A DNA stretch of 64,000 bases from Vermamoeba vermiformis (Eukaryota): positions 186,001-250,000 of the forward strand of contig JBEWZL010000077.1 in the NCBI GenBank assembly GCA_045837725.1, read 5' to 3'. A program made the translations under genes and the position numbers. Positions 24,315 through 42,617 of the stretch are shown here, piece by piece. The first letter of the stretch is position 1, and every line of letters starts with the position of its first letter. The notes below the pieces were generated by a model. It saw nothing but the letters and a program-made list of their open reading frames with translations. It did not search any database and had not been told where the DNA came from.

Positions 24315-26358
24315 ATGCTGCCTAAACTTCGACTGGTGATGGTGGGAGATCCCCGTGTTGGCAAGGTGACATCTCTTTTTTTAAAACCGCAGATTAACGA
24401 TTATTAATTACTTAGACAATGATGGCGCTGTCTCTTATGAAAGGGGCATTCCCTGAGAAGGGTACAATCCCAACGGTAAGCATTTTAGAATTATTTTTCA
24501 TTCAATAGCTGACCTATCGATCGCTTTCAGTATAGTTTTCTGAATGACTTTTATGTAAGTAACACTCGTTATACTTACTAATATCGCGAAGAATATTTAA
24601 CAAGCCTGACAGGTCACTTGCGAAGGAAAATCAGTGTTAGTGAGCTTGGAAGACACGTACTCGCAGGGCTCAACTGAATTTGTCAAGTATCGCCGCTTAG
24701 TCTACCCTCACACAGGTACAATTCTGTCATAAAATATCTTTCGTATTGACCTTAGCCTAATTATTTAGACGTACTTTTGGTGTGCTTTTCTCTCGCTTCA
24801 CGTGCTAGCTTTGATAATGTTGAGACAACAGTACGATCGATTGAATAATACATATTAGAGTGCCAAGACAGCAGTGTTAATTGTTTGTCATCAGTGGGTG
24901 CCAGAGGTCACGCAGTACTGTCCTAACGTGCCTATAATTCTCGTCGGCAACAAGCTGGATCTGCGATACGAAGCACCGAGGGATGATTCGACAGTCGTGA
25001 GTCAATTGGACGGCGTGAAGTTGGCACGTAGAATTGGTGCGTTTGCTTATGCCGAGAAGTACGTGCCTGGATACACTTTATTGCAGCTATATTGCAAGGC
25101 TGACACTTGACAGCTCTGCTTTGACACGAGAAGGACTGCAGAATGTGTTTGAGATTGCTGTTAGTGCCGTACTTAGTCCCGACAGACCACCGCGAGTGTC
25201 CATATTTACACTTCCCAAGCCAGCTGCACCTGCTGTACTCGCGACTGACCTGCCACTGTCACGCGCACTAGGTCCATTCATTGACACACAACAGTTCGCC
25301 GACTTGACTTTTGTGCTGTCAGACAAACAACAAGTGCACGCGCACAAAGTGATCTTAGCCACGAACTTGCCGAGCTTTTACAAGACATTGCTCAAGGGTG
25401 AAAGTGCCCTGCCTTCGTGCTTCAAACTCAGACCGACAGGACCACAGCCTGGCAGCCCACTCGACCCTCAAACTAGTGCGCAATGGTCAAGAACAGAGCG
25501 CACAATTATCGACACAGACCTGGACTCGCTAGTGCTCCACTGCATTCTCAAGTCCATTTACACTGGCACGGACCTCGAATTCTCCTCAGAAGTCGTGACA
25601 GCAGCTGTTCAATTCTTCACGCAGTGTCCTCGCTTCAGTTCCAAAGAGCGAGAGCAGATTTTGACTGAATTGGCACGCGATCCCAGTCCACCCTTGTCTG
25701 ACGTGTGCTTTCAGATTGGCAAACACCGCGTCTGTGCGCACAAGGTGAGTGTGCTCGAGTTTGACCTAACGAGGCTGACTTGACATGTTTGCAGGTACTT
25801 CTGACAGCAGTCAGCGAGTACTTCGGGGCCATATTCACTAGTGGGCTGAAGGAGTCTCAACTCGATGTGATTCCACTGCACGACATTGACCGCGAAGACT
25901 TTGCACTCTTGAAAGAGTTCTTGTACACTGCTCGCACTGACTCCTTGCACGCGCACAATGTCAGCAATGTCATTCGTCTGGCCAACAAAGTACGTCCCCA
26001 ATGAGTCGTGTGTCTCGCTTACACTAATGTGTGCTGTTAGTACAACTTTTCCGCGCTGATTACACATTGCGAGGTCGTGTGCAAAGACAACATTGACGCG
26101 TTTGATGTGTGGGAACTGTATCAACTCGCTACTGCACACAACTGCCATCAACTGCGGGCCTATCTTATATGGCTGATGACGGTACAATACGATGCTATTC
26201 ATGACCAGACGTGGTTCAAAAAAGAGCTCGAGTCAGATGTGCAGCAACAAGTGACGCGAGAACAATGGCCTGGCTCGGTGTATCACGCCGCAGTGCAAGA
26301 GTGGGAAAAAGAATTAAAAACTCGTGTAAAATCAAGCAGGGATTGTGCAATCATGTAA
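24315..26358 (+). CDS. RhoBTB-type protein (Rho GTPase domain + two BTB domains + CaaX)
   Basis: VGDPRVGKT, WVPEV..CPNVPIILVGNKLDLR, ADLTF..VHAHKVIL, SDVCF..AHKVLL..SEYF, C-terminal CAIM. Confidence 0.9.
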
Positions 26359-26487
26359 AATAAAAGGGCTTATGTAAATTGAATAATTTTTTAGTCTCTC
26401 TTGTTGATCTGCAGAACAACACTACTCGCAGCAGTTTATGTCGCATTAATATTTATTATACTTGAAGTTATTTTGTTATAGACCGTA

Positions 26488-27326
26488 ATGCAGTTTATTG
26501 AATCGCTCAAAAAGATAGATGGAGGTAAATCTCGTTTCTTTCTCATTTTTTAATTTATATATACAATTCCTCTGGCACATTTAATACGTATTTCAATCAA
26601 CTTATGGCTATTATCTATTTATTTAACTTTCAAGCTAATTTGTGTTTTTTTTCAGCGCGGGTCCAACATTACCTCGCCACGCTGTCATTCAAATCAGTAT
26701 CGAAGCTGATAATATGGATCGTATTATTTATGGGTGCTGTATACCTGGAACTAGGTGTCATATTCTTCCTCTGCTCAATACTTTATCTCATCTGGGTCAA
26801 TCTCGGTGAGAGAAATCCTGACGACGATTCTCCGAGTGCCTATAGTGTATTTAATAAGGGCGTTAAAAAGATCGATGGTAAGGCTGGTACAATTATTGAA
26901 AATACAACAATGTAACTGACTTTCCAACCACATCCAGGCACTTTTGAAGGTGGAGCGATGATAGAGAACATGTTATTTCAGAATAACAACCAGTATGTGC
27001 TGTATTGTCTTCTATAGATTATATGTAACAGTATTATTGACTTATCGCAATAGATCTAAGAAGGATCTGGTTGGCGTTCAATTTAAAGAAGGTCCGAAGC
27101 CGCGAGTAGTACTGCCACCACCGCGAAAAATGAATAGAAACGACACCTGCTATTGTGGTATGTATTAGTATGTATTATAAGAGCATCTTTATTGATGTAA
27201 TTGTACAATATAGGATCTGGCAAAAAATTCAAAAAGTGTTGTGCACCGTTACTCGAGGCCCAAAACAATCCAAATAGCGCAAAGAATCAATATACACAAT
27301 ATGACAGCTTCTCTGACGATGATTAG
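26488..27326 (+). CDS. SAYSvFN-domain membrane protein (SAYSD1-like) with C-terminal SEC-C zinc-binding motif
   Basis: Hydrophobic hairpin, then PSAYSVFNKG..IDGTF; spliced exons give NRNDTCYC/GSGKKFKKCC. Confidence 0.85.
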
Positions 27327-27530
27327 TGCTCTATTCACCACTTGAGAACCGATCAAGCCAGCGCTAGTACACATCCAATGTGGATCCGCTCTACTGTGAC
27401 GCAAACATTACAGCTCGAACAGCAGAGAATAAGAGTCGATTCAAGTAAAGCAGAGTCGGTTATTTACATTTTTGTACAAGTTTTGGCTGAATTCGCATGA
27501 TAGATCGGTGTATATAATACAAGAACACTC

Positions 27531-30134
27531 CTATTTGGAGTCTTCAATCTCGCGCAACAAGATGTTTTGCACGTCGCTGATTGGTCGGTTGTCACGTGAC
27601 AAGAGATCGAGCAGTATTTTGTTGAAGTGCACGGGGATGCCGAGTCTCTCGCCCTCACTCACAATCGCGCCGTTGATGCACGCCACTTCTGTCTTCTCGC
27701 CGCGCTTGACGTCGTAGAGCATGGACGACACATTTTCACTCGTGTCGCGCAGCACTGACAGCACTTTGTCCATCGGATCTGAGTAGGGCAATTGAATTTT
27801 CTTGGCTTGAGCCACTTTGACGGACTCTTGAACTGCTTTCTCGAGCAGTTTGCGACCCACGGGCGAGTTGTAGAGCTCACCGTTACTCAACTGCAACAGC
27901 GCGGTCAATGTGTTGATGCCCGCATTGATGATCAACTTGCCCCAAATCATGCTCTCGAGCTCTTCAGTGACACGTGTCTCAAAACCTGATTCAGTGAAAT
28001 ACGAGGCCCACTCGACCACTGTCAGGATATGTTAGTTATGGACATTAATATCAAGAGCTAGAGTGCCACTTACTGTTGAGATTGAACGGTGAGGACGAGT
28101 TGAGTGCGATGGTGGTGAGACCCATGCCACCGTGCTTGACTTCACCTGCTTGGAGAATAGACGCGCCGTGATTGGTCACACCTTGATAGACACGCATTTG
28201 ACTGCCGAGTTCATCGACGAGCACTTCACGATTGCCAAGTCCGTTCTGCAGTGTGAGCACGACACCCTTCGGACTCAGTATTTGCATCGCTTTCTTTGCT
28301 GCCTCGCGTGTGTGCAGCCCTTTGACGAGCACGACACACAAGTCTGCAGGGCCCACTGAGTTCAACACGTCTTCAGGTCGCTCAGTCACTTTGATGTTGG
28401 TCACGAGCTTCTGTGACTTGTCGAGTTCGTGCAGCACGAGACCTGATTGGTTGATTTTCTCCGCGTGTTCTTTCCACGACGAAATCATCCACACATCGCG
28501 CGGACTATTAGCGGTAATGTGGCTGTACTTTTGACGAGTGAGGGCCAATCTAGCGGCAAACAATGAGCCCATGGCACCACCGCCGATCAAACAGACGTTC
28601 TTCGTCAAGAGCTCGTAGTTGAATGGCTGGCCTAACGTTGAATTGAACGGCGGAATTTCACCAGTGATCACGTCGTTGATTTCGTTGGAGGTCTTCATCG
28701 TGACAGTGTTGCTATTGTTGTTCGTGTTGATGAAAAATTTGAACGAGCTCGCATTCGCCGTGTTCTCAGCTTGCGTGTTTTGACTGCGTGACTGTTGTTC
28801 GGTTGTAGCTTGCATTAAATTGGTGGGCATTGGATTGTTGATCTGCGCGCCTTTCAAGTGACCAGCTTGTCGTTGCAAAAATCTGTCCCACTCTTCAGGC
28901 TTAATGCTGTACGTGTGTTCTTTGGCTGGGAAGCTGCGTTCAGTGACCTCTTCTTTGTACTTTTGCAGCGTCTCAGTCATGATTTGACCGAGATTGATGT
29001 ATTGTTTGCAGAACTTGGGCTTCATATTGGGGTACAAGCCAAACATGTCGTGCCACACCAAGATCTGACCTGAAGTTTTGTTGCCAGCACCAATGCCGAT
29101 AGTAGGGATATCTAGCTTCTTCGTAATGTATTCGCCCACCACTTCAGGCACTGATTCAATGACGAGTGAGAAGCAGCCCGCTTGTTTCAGTGCTTCGGCA
29201 TCCGCTAACAAACTTTCAGCGTCCTAATCAGAGGTCAATAACATGTTATTACATACGACTCAACATCATTATTGTTACCTCAGCGGTCTTGCCCTGCACT
29301 CTGAAGCCACCGAGCGCGCTGAGAGTTTGCGGCGTGAGACCAATGTGACCCATGACTGGCACGCCTGCTTGCACAATGGCCTCGATGCGTGGGGCCATTC
29401 TGCGACCTCCTTCGAGCTTCACAGCATCGACCCGGCCTTCTTTCATCAACCTACAGCGATGTTAGGCGATATTGTATTATTAACCGCTGCGTTAAAGTTG
29501 TACCTGAAGGCACTTTGAATTGCCATTTCAGAACTGGATTCGTAACTGCCAAACGGCATGTCACCAACGACAAAGGTCTTTTGTGCACCACGAGTTACGG
29601 CTTTGCAATGGTGAACCATATCTAGGACAAATAAATTACTTTTTGTTGAAATTTCCAGGTCTTTGCTCGTTAATTCACATCGCGAAATTGAATTAATAAA
29701 TTTAAGGTTGAATAATTACCGTCCATGGTAACTCCAACTGTATTATTCTCTCCCATCATGACCATGCCTATATAAATTAAAATTAGAATTTTCTTGAATT
29801 TTTCAGACGCGGAGCAAACGGATCTGTAGTGGATCGACCCTCGGAATATTTTTTTTAAACAATGATACTCAATTAATTTTATAATAATCGTACCCAGCGA
29901 ATCACCAACGAGCAATGCATCGATCCCGGCTTGATCAGTGATGTACGCCGAGGTGTAATCGTACGCAGTGACCATCGTGATCGGCTTGCCCTCGCGGTAC
30001 TTTTTTTGCAAGTCAAGAATAGTGTTTTTCTTAGATTGGGTCACGGTTGAGTACATTCTCAATGGGTTGATTGATTTTCCCTCGGTATATTTTCGAACTC
30101 CATCACTGATCGTGCGTCGTACAAATTGAAACAT
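27531..30134 (-). CDS. panB-panE: Bifunctional ketopantoate hydroxymethyltransferase (PanB) - ketopantoate reductase (PanE) fusion
   Basis: PanB motifs [51 protein letters not shown] 28051-29211 continues without a stop into PanE motifs IGGGAMG, LQNGLG, then (after intron 28019-28073) [24 protein letters not shown]. Confidence 0.95.
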
Positions 30135-30280
30135 TGAAAAGTAATTGTCCGATCAGATCTGCAACTTGGATCTGTTCAATATGTGAGCTAACGATCAACT
30201 CTTTACTATTCTTAGTTGTGTTGATGTGCGCGTTGAATAAATTGAAATGAAACAGTTGCGCATTTATCTTTTTTCTACCA

Positions 30281-30334
30281 GGGCTGAAATGTCACGTGGT
30301 TCTGTGAACGGCACGTGGCTGCAAGTTTCAGCTC
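30281..30334. promoter_or_regulatory. Quasi-palindromic element with two CACGTG boxes in the panBE/panC bidirectional promoter
   Basis: CACGTG at 30293-30298 and 30312-30317; outer arms GCTGAAA/TTTCAGC and inner arms GTTC/GAAC are complementary. Confidence 0.6.
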
Positions 30335-30421
30335 CGTTTCCATCAACCAGGGCCTCCGTTGGCATATAACAGTGTTTTTTGCACAGATTTAGTTCCACAC
30401 ATCACCACACGAGTGACCATC

Positions 30422-31723
<1,302 letters not shown>

Positions 31724-31914
31724 ATAGCACTATAGTCTTTGTAGTCTTAGTCTTCGTAGCATGTATAATATTGAGTTTATTAAATTACAAATGTACATCA
31801 GTGTTTTTGAGATTAACACGCATAGCAGTTACATAATAATATTATGATAACCAAAACAAAACGTTAACTCAAATGTCCGCAAGAAGTAGTATTCACAGTG
31901 CTCGGACTCAGTTG

Positions 31915-33649
31915 TTACTCGCCAGCAATGAACTTGGTGATGTGATCAGCGAGCTGTGCGGCGCTAGTGATCGGAATGTCGTGGCCACAACCAGGGCCTG
32001 CAATCACATCTAATTGACACGCCGTGAAATATTTGGAATAAAAGGCTTCTGCGCGCTCTACAGGCACTACTTTGTCCTCTGCACCATCAGACTCGTTAAT
32101 ATCTGTTGTGTTCATGAACAACTGTTTGACGTACCTGAGCCGTGAATCAATCGCGCGGGTATTTTGAACTTGGTCAGTGCACTCGCTGCATTGTCAATGC
32201 GATGTTTCACAATGCACTCTTCGTACGAGGAATAAATGCCGTGGAAATTGTGATTCATGCCGTCCTGTCAAGCGAGTGTTAGACACGTGTCAAGTGAGGC
32301 ATTGTGACAGTTAGCGTACATAAACTACGTCCTCAGGCTTGTCTTTGACTACGAAGGGAATTATAGGCCGCCCTTGAGAATAGAATAAGTCAATAATTGC
32401 AGAATAAATGCGGCACAGTGTCACGTACAAAGAGCGCGATGTTGACAGATGACGGCGCAACAAATCTTGCACATGAGTTTGTTGTTGAGCAGTGGATGGC
32501 CGTGTGGATGGAAAATATCTTGCACGACGTACTTCTGCGCCATTTGTTCGCTCTCGTAATAGGGCAGTGAGATCAGTGACAATGTCTTCACTTTCTGCGG
32601 GAATCTAACGCACAGTGACACGCGGTGAATACAAGCCTCCGTTTGACACGTGTCAATTGACATACCTCGCAGCGAGTTCGATGGCCAGAATGCTGCCCAT
32701 GGCGTGACCAATCACGTGAAAGGGACCTTTGCGGTGCTGAATGACATCGCTGGAATTGACTAGTTAGCACTGGTGTTGCGCGGCTGTAGTTAATACTCAG
32801 CACTACGCACCGAAATAAGAAAAATAAATGCGTGTCCACGTCATACGCGAGATGTTCAGGACTCGGCGAGCGACCTGCGCGAATAATCAGATCTGTGTGA
32901 GTTCACTGAGCTTGCATTACAGCGAGCTGATAGCAACATACCATGTCCTAATAAGTCGGGTATAATATAGTGATATTTTTTCTTGTTCATTCCAGTCACC
33001 ATTGGCTAAAATTGAAAAATTTTCAGTAAACTACGGATGGAGTGAAATTGAAACCTTAAATGAGCAGCTTGATCACTACTAATATAAATAATATGTACCT
33101 CCCAATATTTGAACGACTTAGATAGTCCGTGCAATAAAATTACTGGCTCGTTGCCAGAGCCGACTTCATAAACATAGAGCGGATCTACCGGCTTCATTTG
33201 TTCAGCCGTCATAAGCTAGTAATAAAATTAATATAATCACTATTGTAATATATATAAGCAAATACTCACGCGTGATTTGGCCGCTTCAGATAATCGACCC
33301 AAAAAGTCTGAAGGCATGGAATTGATTAGACAAAATTATTATAATCTATTGTATATTCTTTTACGCATAGTAAGCATAATAATTCATAATTTAATTAATT
33401 ATTGCAATTTTAAAATTAAAAGATCTGATCCAAATTTTTACCTGTCAACGTTACATCTGCTGTGGCAAAGGGGTCGACGTCGGGTTTAATATTTTCTTGT
33501 GTATAGAATCTTCTTGCACTCTTACTATTTGCTGATTGTCGTCTAAAACTTGCAGATCCATGCAGCAAGGCGGATCCACCGATCAAACCAGCACAGCGGG
33601 GCTTAGTCCGCAGGACAATTGATACTATTGTTCGCCTAATTGATAACAT
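31915..33649 (-). CDS. Alpha/beta-hydrolase fold protein with putative mitochondrial presequence; nucleophile Ser replaced by Ala
   Basis: MLSIRRTIVSIVLRTKPR; PVILLHGL..YW; PDLLGHGRS; VIGHAMG; GCGHDIP. Confidence 0.82.
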
Positions 33650-33788
33650 ATTGATACACAAATATATACAGAGTTGTGTTCGTCAATCAGGAGCTGTTTG
33701 ACTATTTGTTGACTGTTCGTGTTTTGGTTTTTCGATCGCGCCTAAAAAATGATTCTACGAACACAATTATAACACAACACGACAGACG

Positions 33789-34685
33789 ATGATGAATCAA
33801 CAAAAACCTGTGGGTGCAGGCAAAGCCAATTACGAGGCACTCACGAATCCGCTTGGAAAGAATATGCGCGAACAGATGCGTTCTCAGTTCCGTGAAAAAT
33901 GTTTGGCGAAGAAGAAAGAAATGCGATTGCAGTTTGCTAATGAGCGTCGATCATTAAATACTCAGAATAATACACATGACGATAAAATGCTCGAAGACTT
34001 TGTGAAGGATCAGTGGAATCAATTCAGCAAAGAGGAAAATTTAGAAAATATGTTAAATAATGACGAATATATTGATTTGATGAACTACCTCGAACAGACT
34101 ATTCGACAGGAATTAATACAAGAGGGTAAGCCTCGATCCACTAAAATATTCTGATTTTCCGTTAAAATTAATCGCTTCGTGTTAAATTTACGTATTAAAT
34201 TATAGCAGAACAAAAGATGTTAGAAGAATATTACAGAAATGAAGAAGAAGCTCTTCGCGCCCAAATCCAACAACAAAACGAAGCACTCTGTCCTGTTTGC
34301 AAGAAAAACAAGCTGCTACAAAACAAACAAGTAATATTCTGCGGCTGTGGTCTGCGGATAGACACTCAGGTACGATCATAAGCAATGCGTAATAGTTAAA
34401 TGACACGTGCCATGCAACGGCTAGTTTTGTGATCTGCTTGACTAACAGTCGTATTTCGCAGAACGATGGAATTACACTCGGATATGTACATAAATCTACA
34501 GTAGATGCATTAAAAGATCACAGGTAATGAATACTGCGCTAATGTTGTCTTCAACAAACTAATTTTCTTGGATTTGCTCAAGCGCGCACTGTTTGAAAGA
34601 ACCTCATTTCCAAGTTATTAATGACCCACTACCAGCTCTGTATATGATTTGCGACGATTGCAATACCTTCCACATCATCTTGTAA
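33789..34685 (+). CDS. RPAIN: RPA-interacting protein (RIP)
   Basis: REKCLAKKKEMR N-terminal motif; C-terminal zinc finger LCPVCKKN..IFCGCGLRI..H..C..ICDDC. Confidence 0.85.
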
Positions 34686-34798
34686 ATAAATCAGCTGTAG
34701 AATATTTGAAAACGCAGTTTATTTGTTATGTACAAAAATATTTCGTTAGATCTGACCTACTACTAGGGTAGTAGTAGTACGATTATTTGACTCGTGCT

Positions 34799-40226
<5,428 letters not shown>

Positions 40227-40378
40227 GATATTGCCGCGGCTAACCGAACGGTCGCTTCCCCGCTTCGTCACGTGGTGCCTAAATAAGGAAAGAACTATCT
40301 GATTCGGATAAGGTTTATTACTTGCCTAATAACAGCAGGACTGCTCTCCACAGCTGCAGTTCTCAACACAATAGATTA

Positions 40379-41559
40379 ATGACGTGGACGCAACGAGCGG
40401 TTGGCGTAGTTTTGCTCGTTTCGGTGGTAAGTTGCAACTTGTTTCAGTTAATTAATTAAGCGCTTAAAAAATGTTCATAATTTATGATATTGTTCTATGC
40501 ACCTTGGAGGGGGAGCGGTGGACGCTTTGTCAGATTTCGAAAATGACAGTTTTGTAATTTTAAGGCTTACGCGTCCAATCCTAATCTTCAGTGGTTTGGT
40601 TTCGCTATAGTTAATGACCCGAGTGAAGTGTCTCCTTGGACCAATTTATATGTAGGAGCTGACGAGACTTACTTGGCCAAGGCAGCAGACCTAAACATCA
40701 GCTCGCTATTGCCTATTGAGACTCTATTTTGGGAGAGAAACTCAGAGGGGAGAAGAGCACTGCGCTCTGATTGGCAGAATCAATGGAACTCCATGAAAAC
40801 ATTTGTGCGTCACTGATCACTATTTGAAACACCCATCACTAACTTAATCGTACACCAGATTAACGGTCTGATTGCCAAGCAGCATATCATAGGCTTTTAT
40901 CTCGTCGATGAGGCTGTCTGGTCTGGCGTGTCATTCGCAGAGCTCGAAACAATGGCCAACTTTGTGAAGAACGAGTATCCGAACGAGACCCTGTTCTACG
41001 TCGAATCAGCAATCGTGTTGGTGCAAGACAAGAACTCATTCGACGAGCCAGTAGACTATCCTTACGTCCCTGCGGCCTTTGATTGGTTTGGTGTCGATGC
41101 CTATCCTAATATCGCGTCCATTGAGCGCGTGAAACAGGCCTATGAAGAAGATGTTTACCCGCGCATGAATTTGACGCGACAGCACGCGTTCTTGATTCCT
41201 CCAGCATACGACACTACTGGCGATAAGGTGACCTCGTGCGGTACTATTGACTGCATCTCAGGTACGCTCGACCCAACACTTGACACGTGTCAATGGCTGA
41301 CTAACAATGCGTAGTTATGATTGCTTGGGCCAGAGGATTTCTTGATTGGGCTCAATCAGACACGCGTGTCAGTGGCATGATGGCGTGGTATTGGCAATCT
41401 ACTGGTGAGCTACACTTCGAGATTGGAGCACGAGACATGCCCACTGTTGCGGCTGAATATCGACGTGTGGGCAATGCAATTGTCAACTCGAGCTCTCCTC
41501 AAAGTGTCAATATAATGTTCTATTGCATTGTATTATGGTGCGCTGCTGTGTTAATATAG
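40379..41559 (+). CDS. Secreted, possibly GPI-anchored protein with glycoside-hydrolase-like TIM-barrel features
   Basis: Signal peptide; IIGFYLVDEA, FDWFGVDAYP, VSGMMAWYW motifs; hydrophobic C-terminus after SSS. Confidence 0.55.
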
Positions 41560-41599
41560 TCTTGTTAAATATTGGGTTGTTAAATACATTTATTTGATT

Positions 41600-42404
41600 T
41601 CAAGCTGTTGGCTCTTGCACCACAATTTCTTTTTGCACAGGTGTTTCTACATCGACGACTAGGGCATGATAAGTATTAAATTAAATAACGCGTATTATTT
41701 AATGTACGTACCGATTCCTTGCAGTGCGGGGCTGTTGTGTCGCATGACGGTCAAAGTGCGTACTTGTGCCTTGCCCTTGGGACCATTTACAGTGTAAAAC
41801 AATCTAAATTTGTTTGAATTTCGCGTGGAAGAGACGCGCCAGCCCTCAGTGATCGGTGTGCCAAGTAGTTCTTGCACCTCTTTGTTGTTCGCGACTGTAT
41901 TCAGTGACGTTCTGAATGTTGAGCTGTTTTTCCATTGCCATGTCGTAATTGTTTCAGCTGCTAATCCCATTGAAATTATAAATCCTACAGCTAATGCTGC
42001 ATTTCTATAAAAATAATTAATTTGAGTGAGGGTGCGAGTGAGTTTAGTACCTGTAACGAGTTTTCTTTTTGGGCAATTGACTAAGCTTGATTTTATTATA
42101 CACTGGTGCCGATTGATCTTTTTGTATCGTTGACGATGAGAATTGTCTGAATTGACCGAAATACAACCTGGGGATATTTGGTATTGATCCAGCAATAAAA
42201 TAAATATTATTTACACAACGCGATGGGAAAAAATCTAAATAAGATGTCGTTAGTAATATATTTGTATAATGTATAATATAGATTATTTTATAATATTTAA
42301 AAATGGTCTAATATTTTTCGTGAAGCAGATCTGCTGAACTTACTTGAATAGTTCCCACGCTGGACGGAGAATAAATTAGAATAAAATCCTTTGTTAGGCC
42401 TCAT
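41600..42404 (-). CDS. Cytochrome c oxidase assembly factor Coa1/Tim21-like mitochondrial membrane protein
   Basis: Basic N-terminus, one TM segment, then SLNTVANNKEVQELLGTPITEG..FYTVNGPKGKAQV. Confidence 0.7.
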
Positions 42405-42617
42405 AGCATGGGTTGTGAAGCTCTATTCGATGTTTGTGTTGAAGATCAGTAACAAATTTTCTCCGGCGCCGCTTGCTTAATAACTTTGATAATTTGTTAG
42501 TGAATTAATCAGCCTAGATCTAGCACATAAACTACTGAAACAAATGAATTTATTGATATAATACACGTCGAATTTTGGCTTAAAAATTACTCATAGACAG
42601 ATCCAACAGTCCGCAGC

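Noticed and set aside
30359-30421. Non-AUG N-terminal extension of PanC
   Set aside because: It overlaps the TATA-like sequence and does not look like a targeting peptide; probably promoter/5' UTR
34757-34777. Hairpin CTACTACTA-GGG-TAGTAGTAG between convergent genes
   Set aside because: Low-complexity trinucleotide arms; no evidence of function
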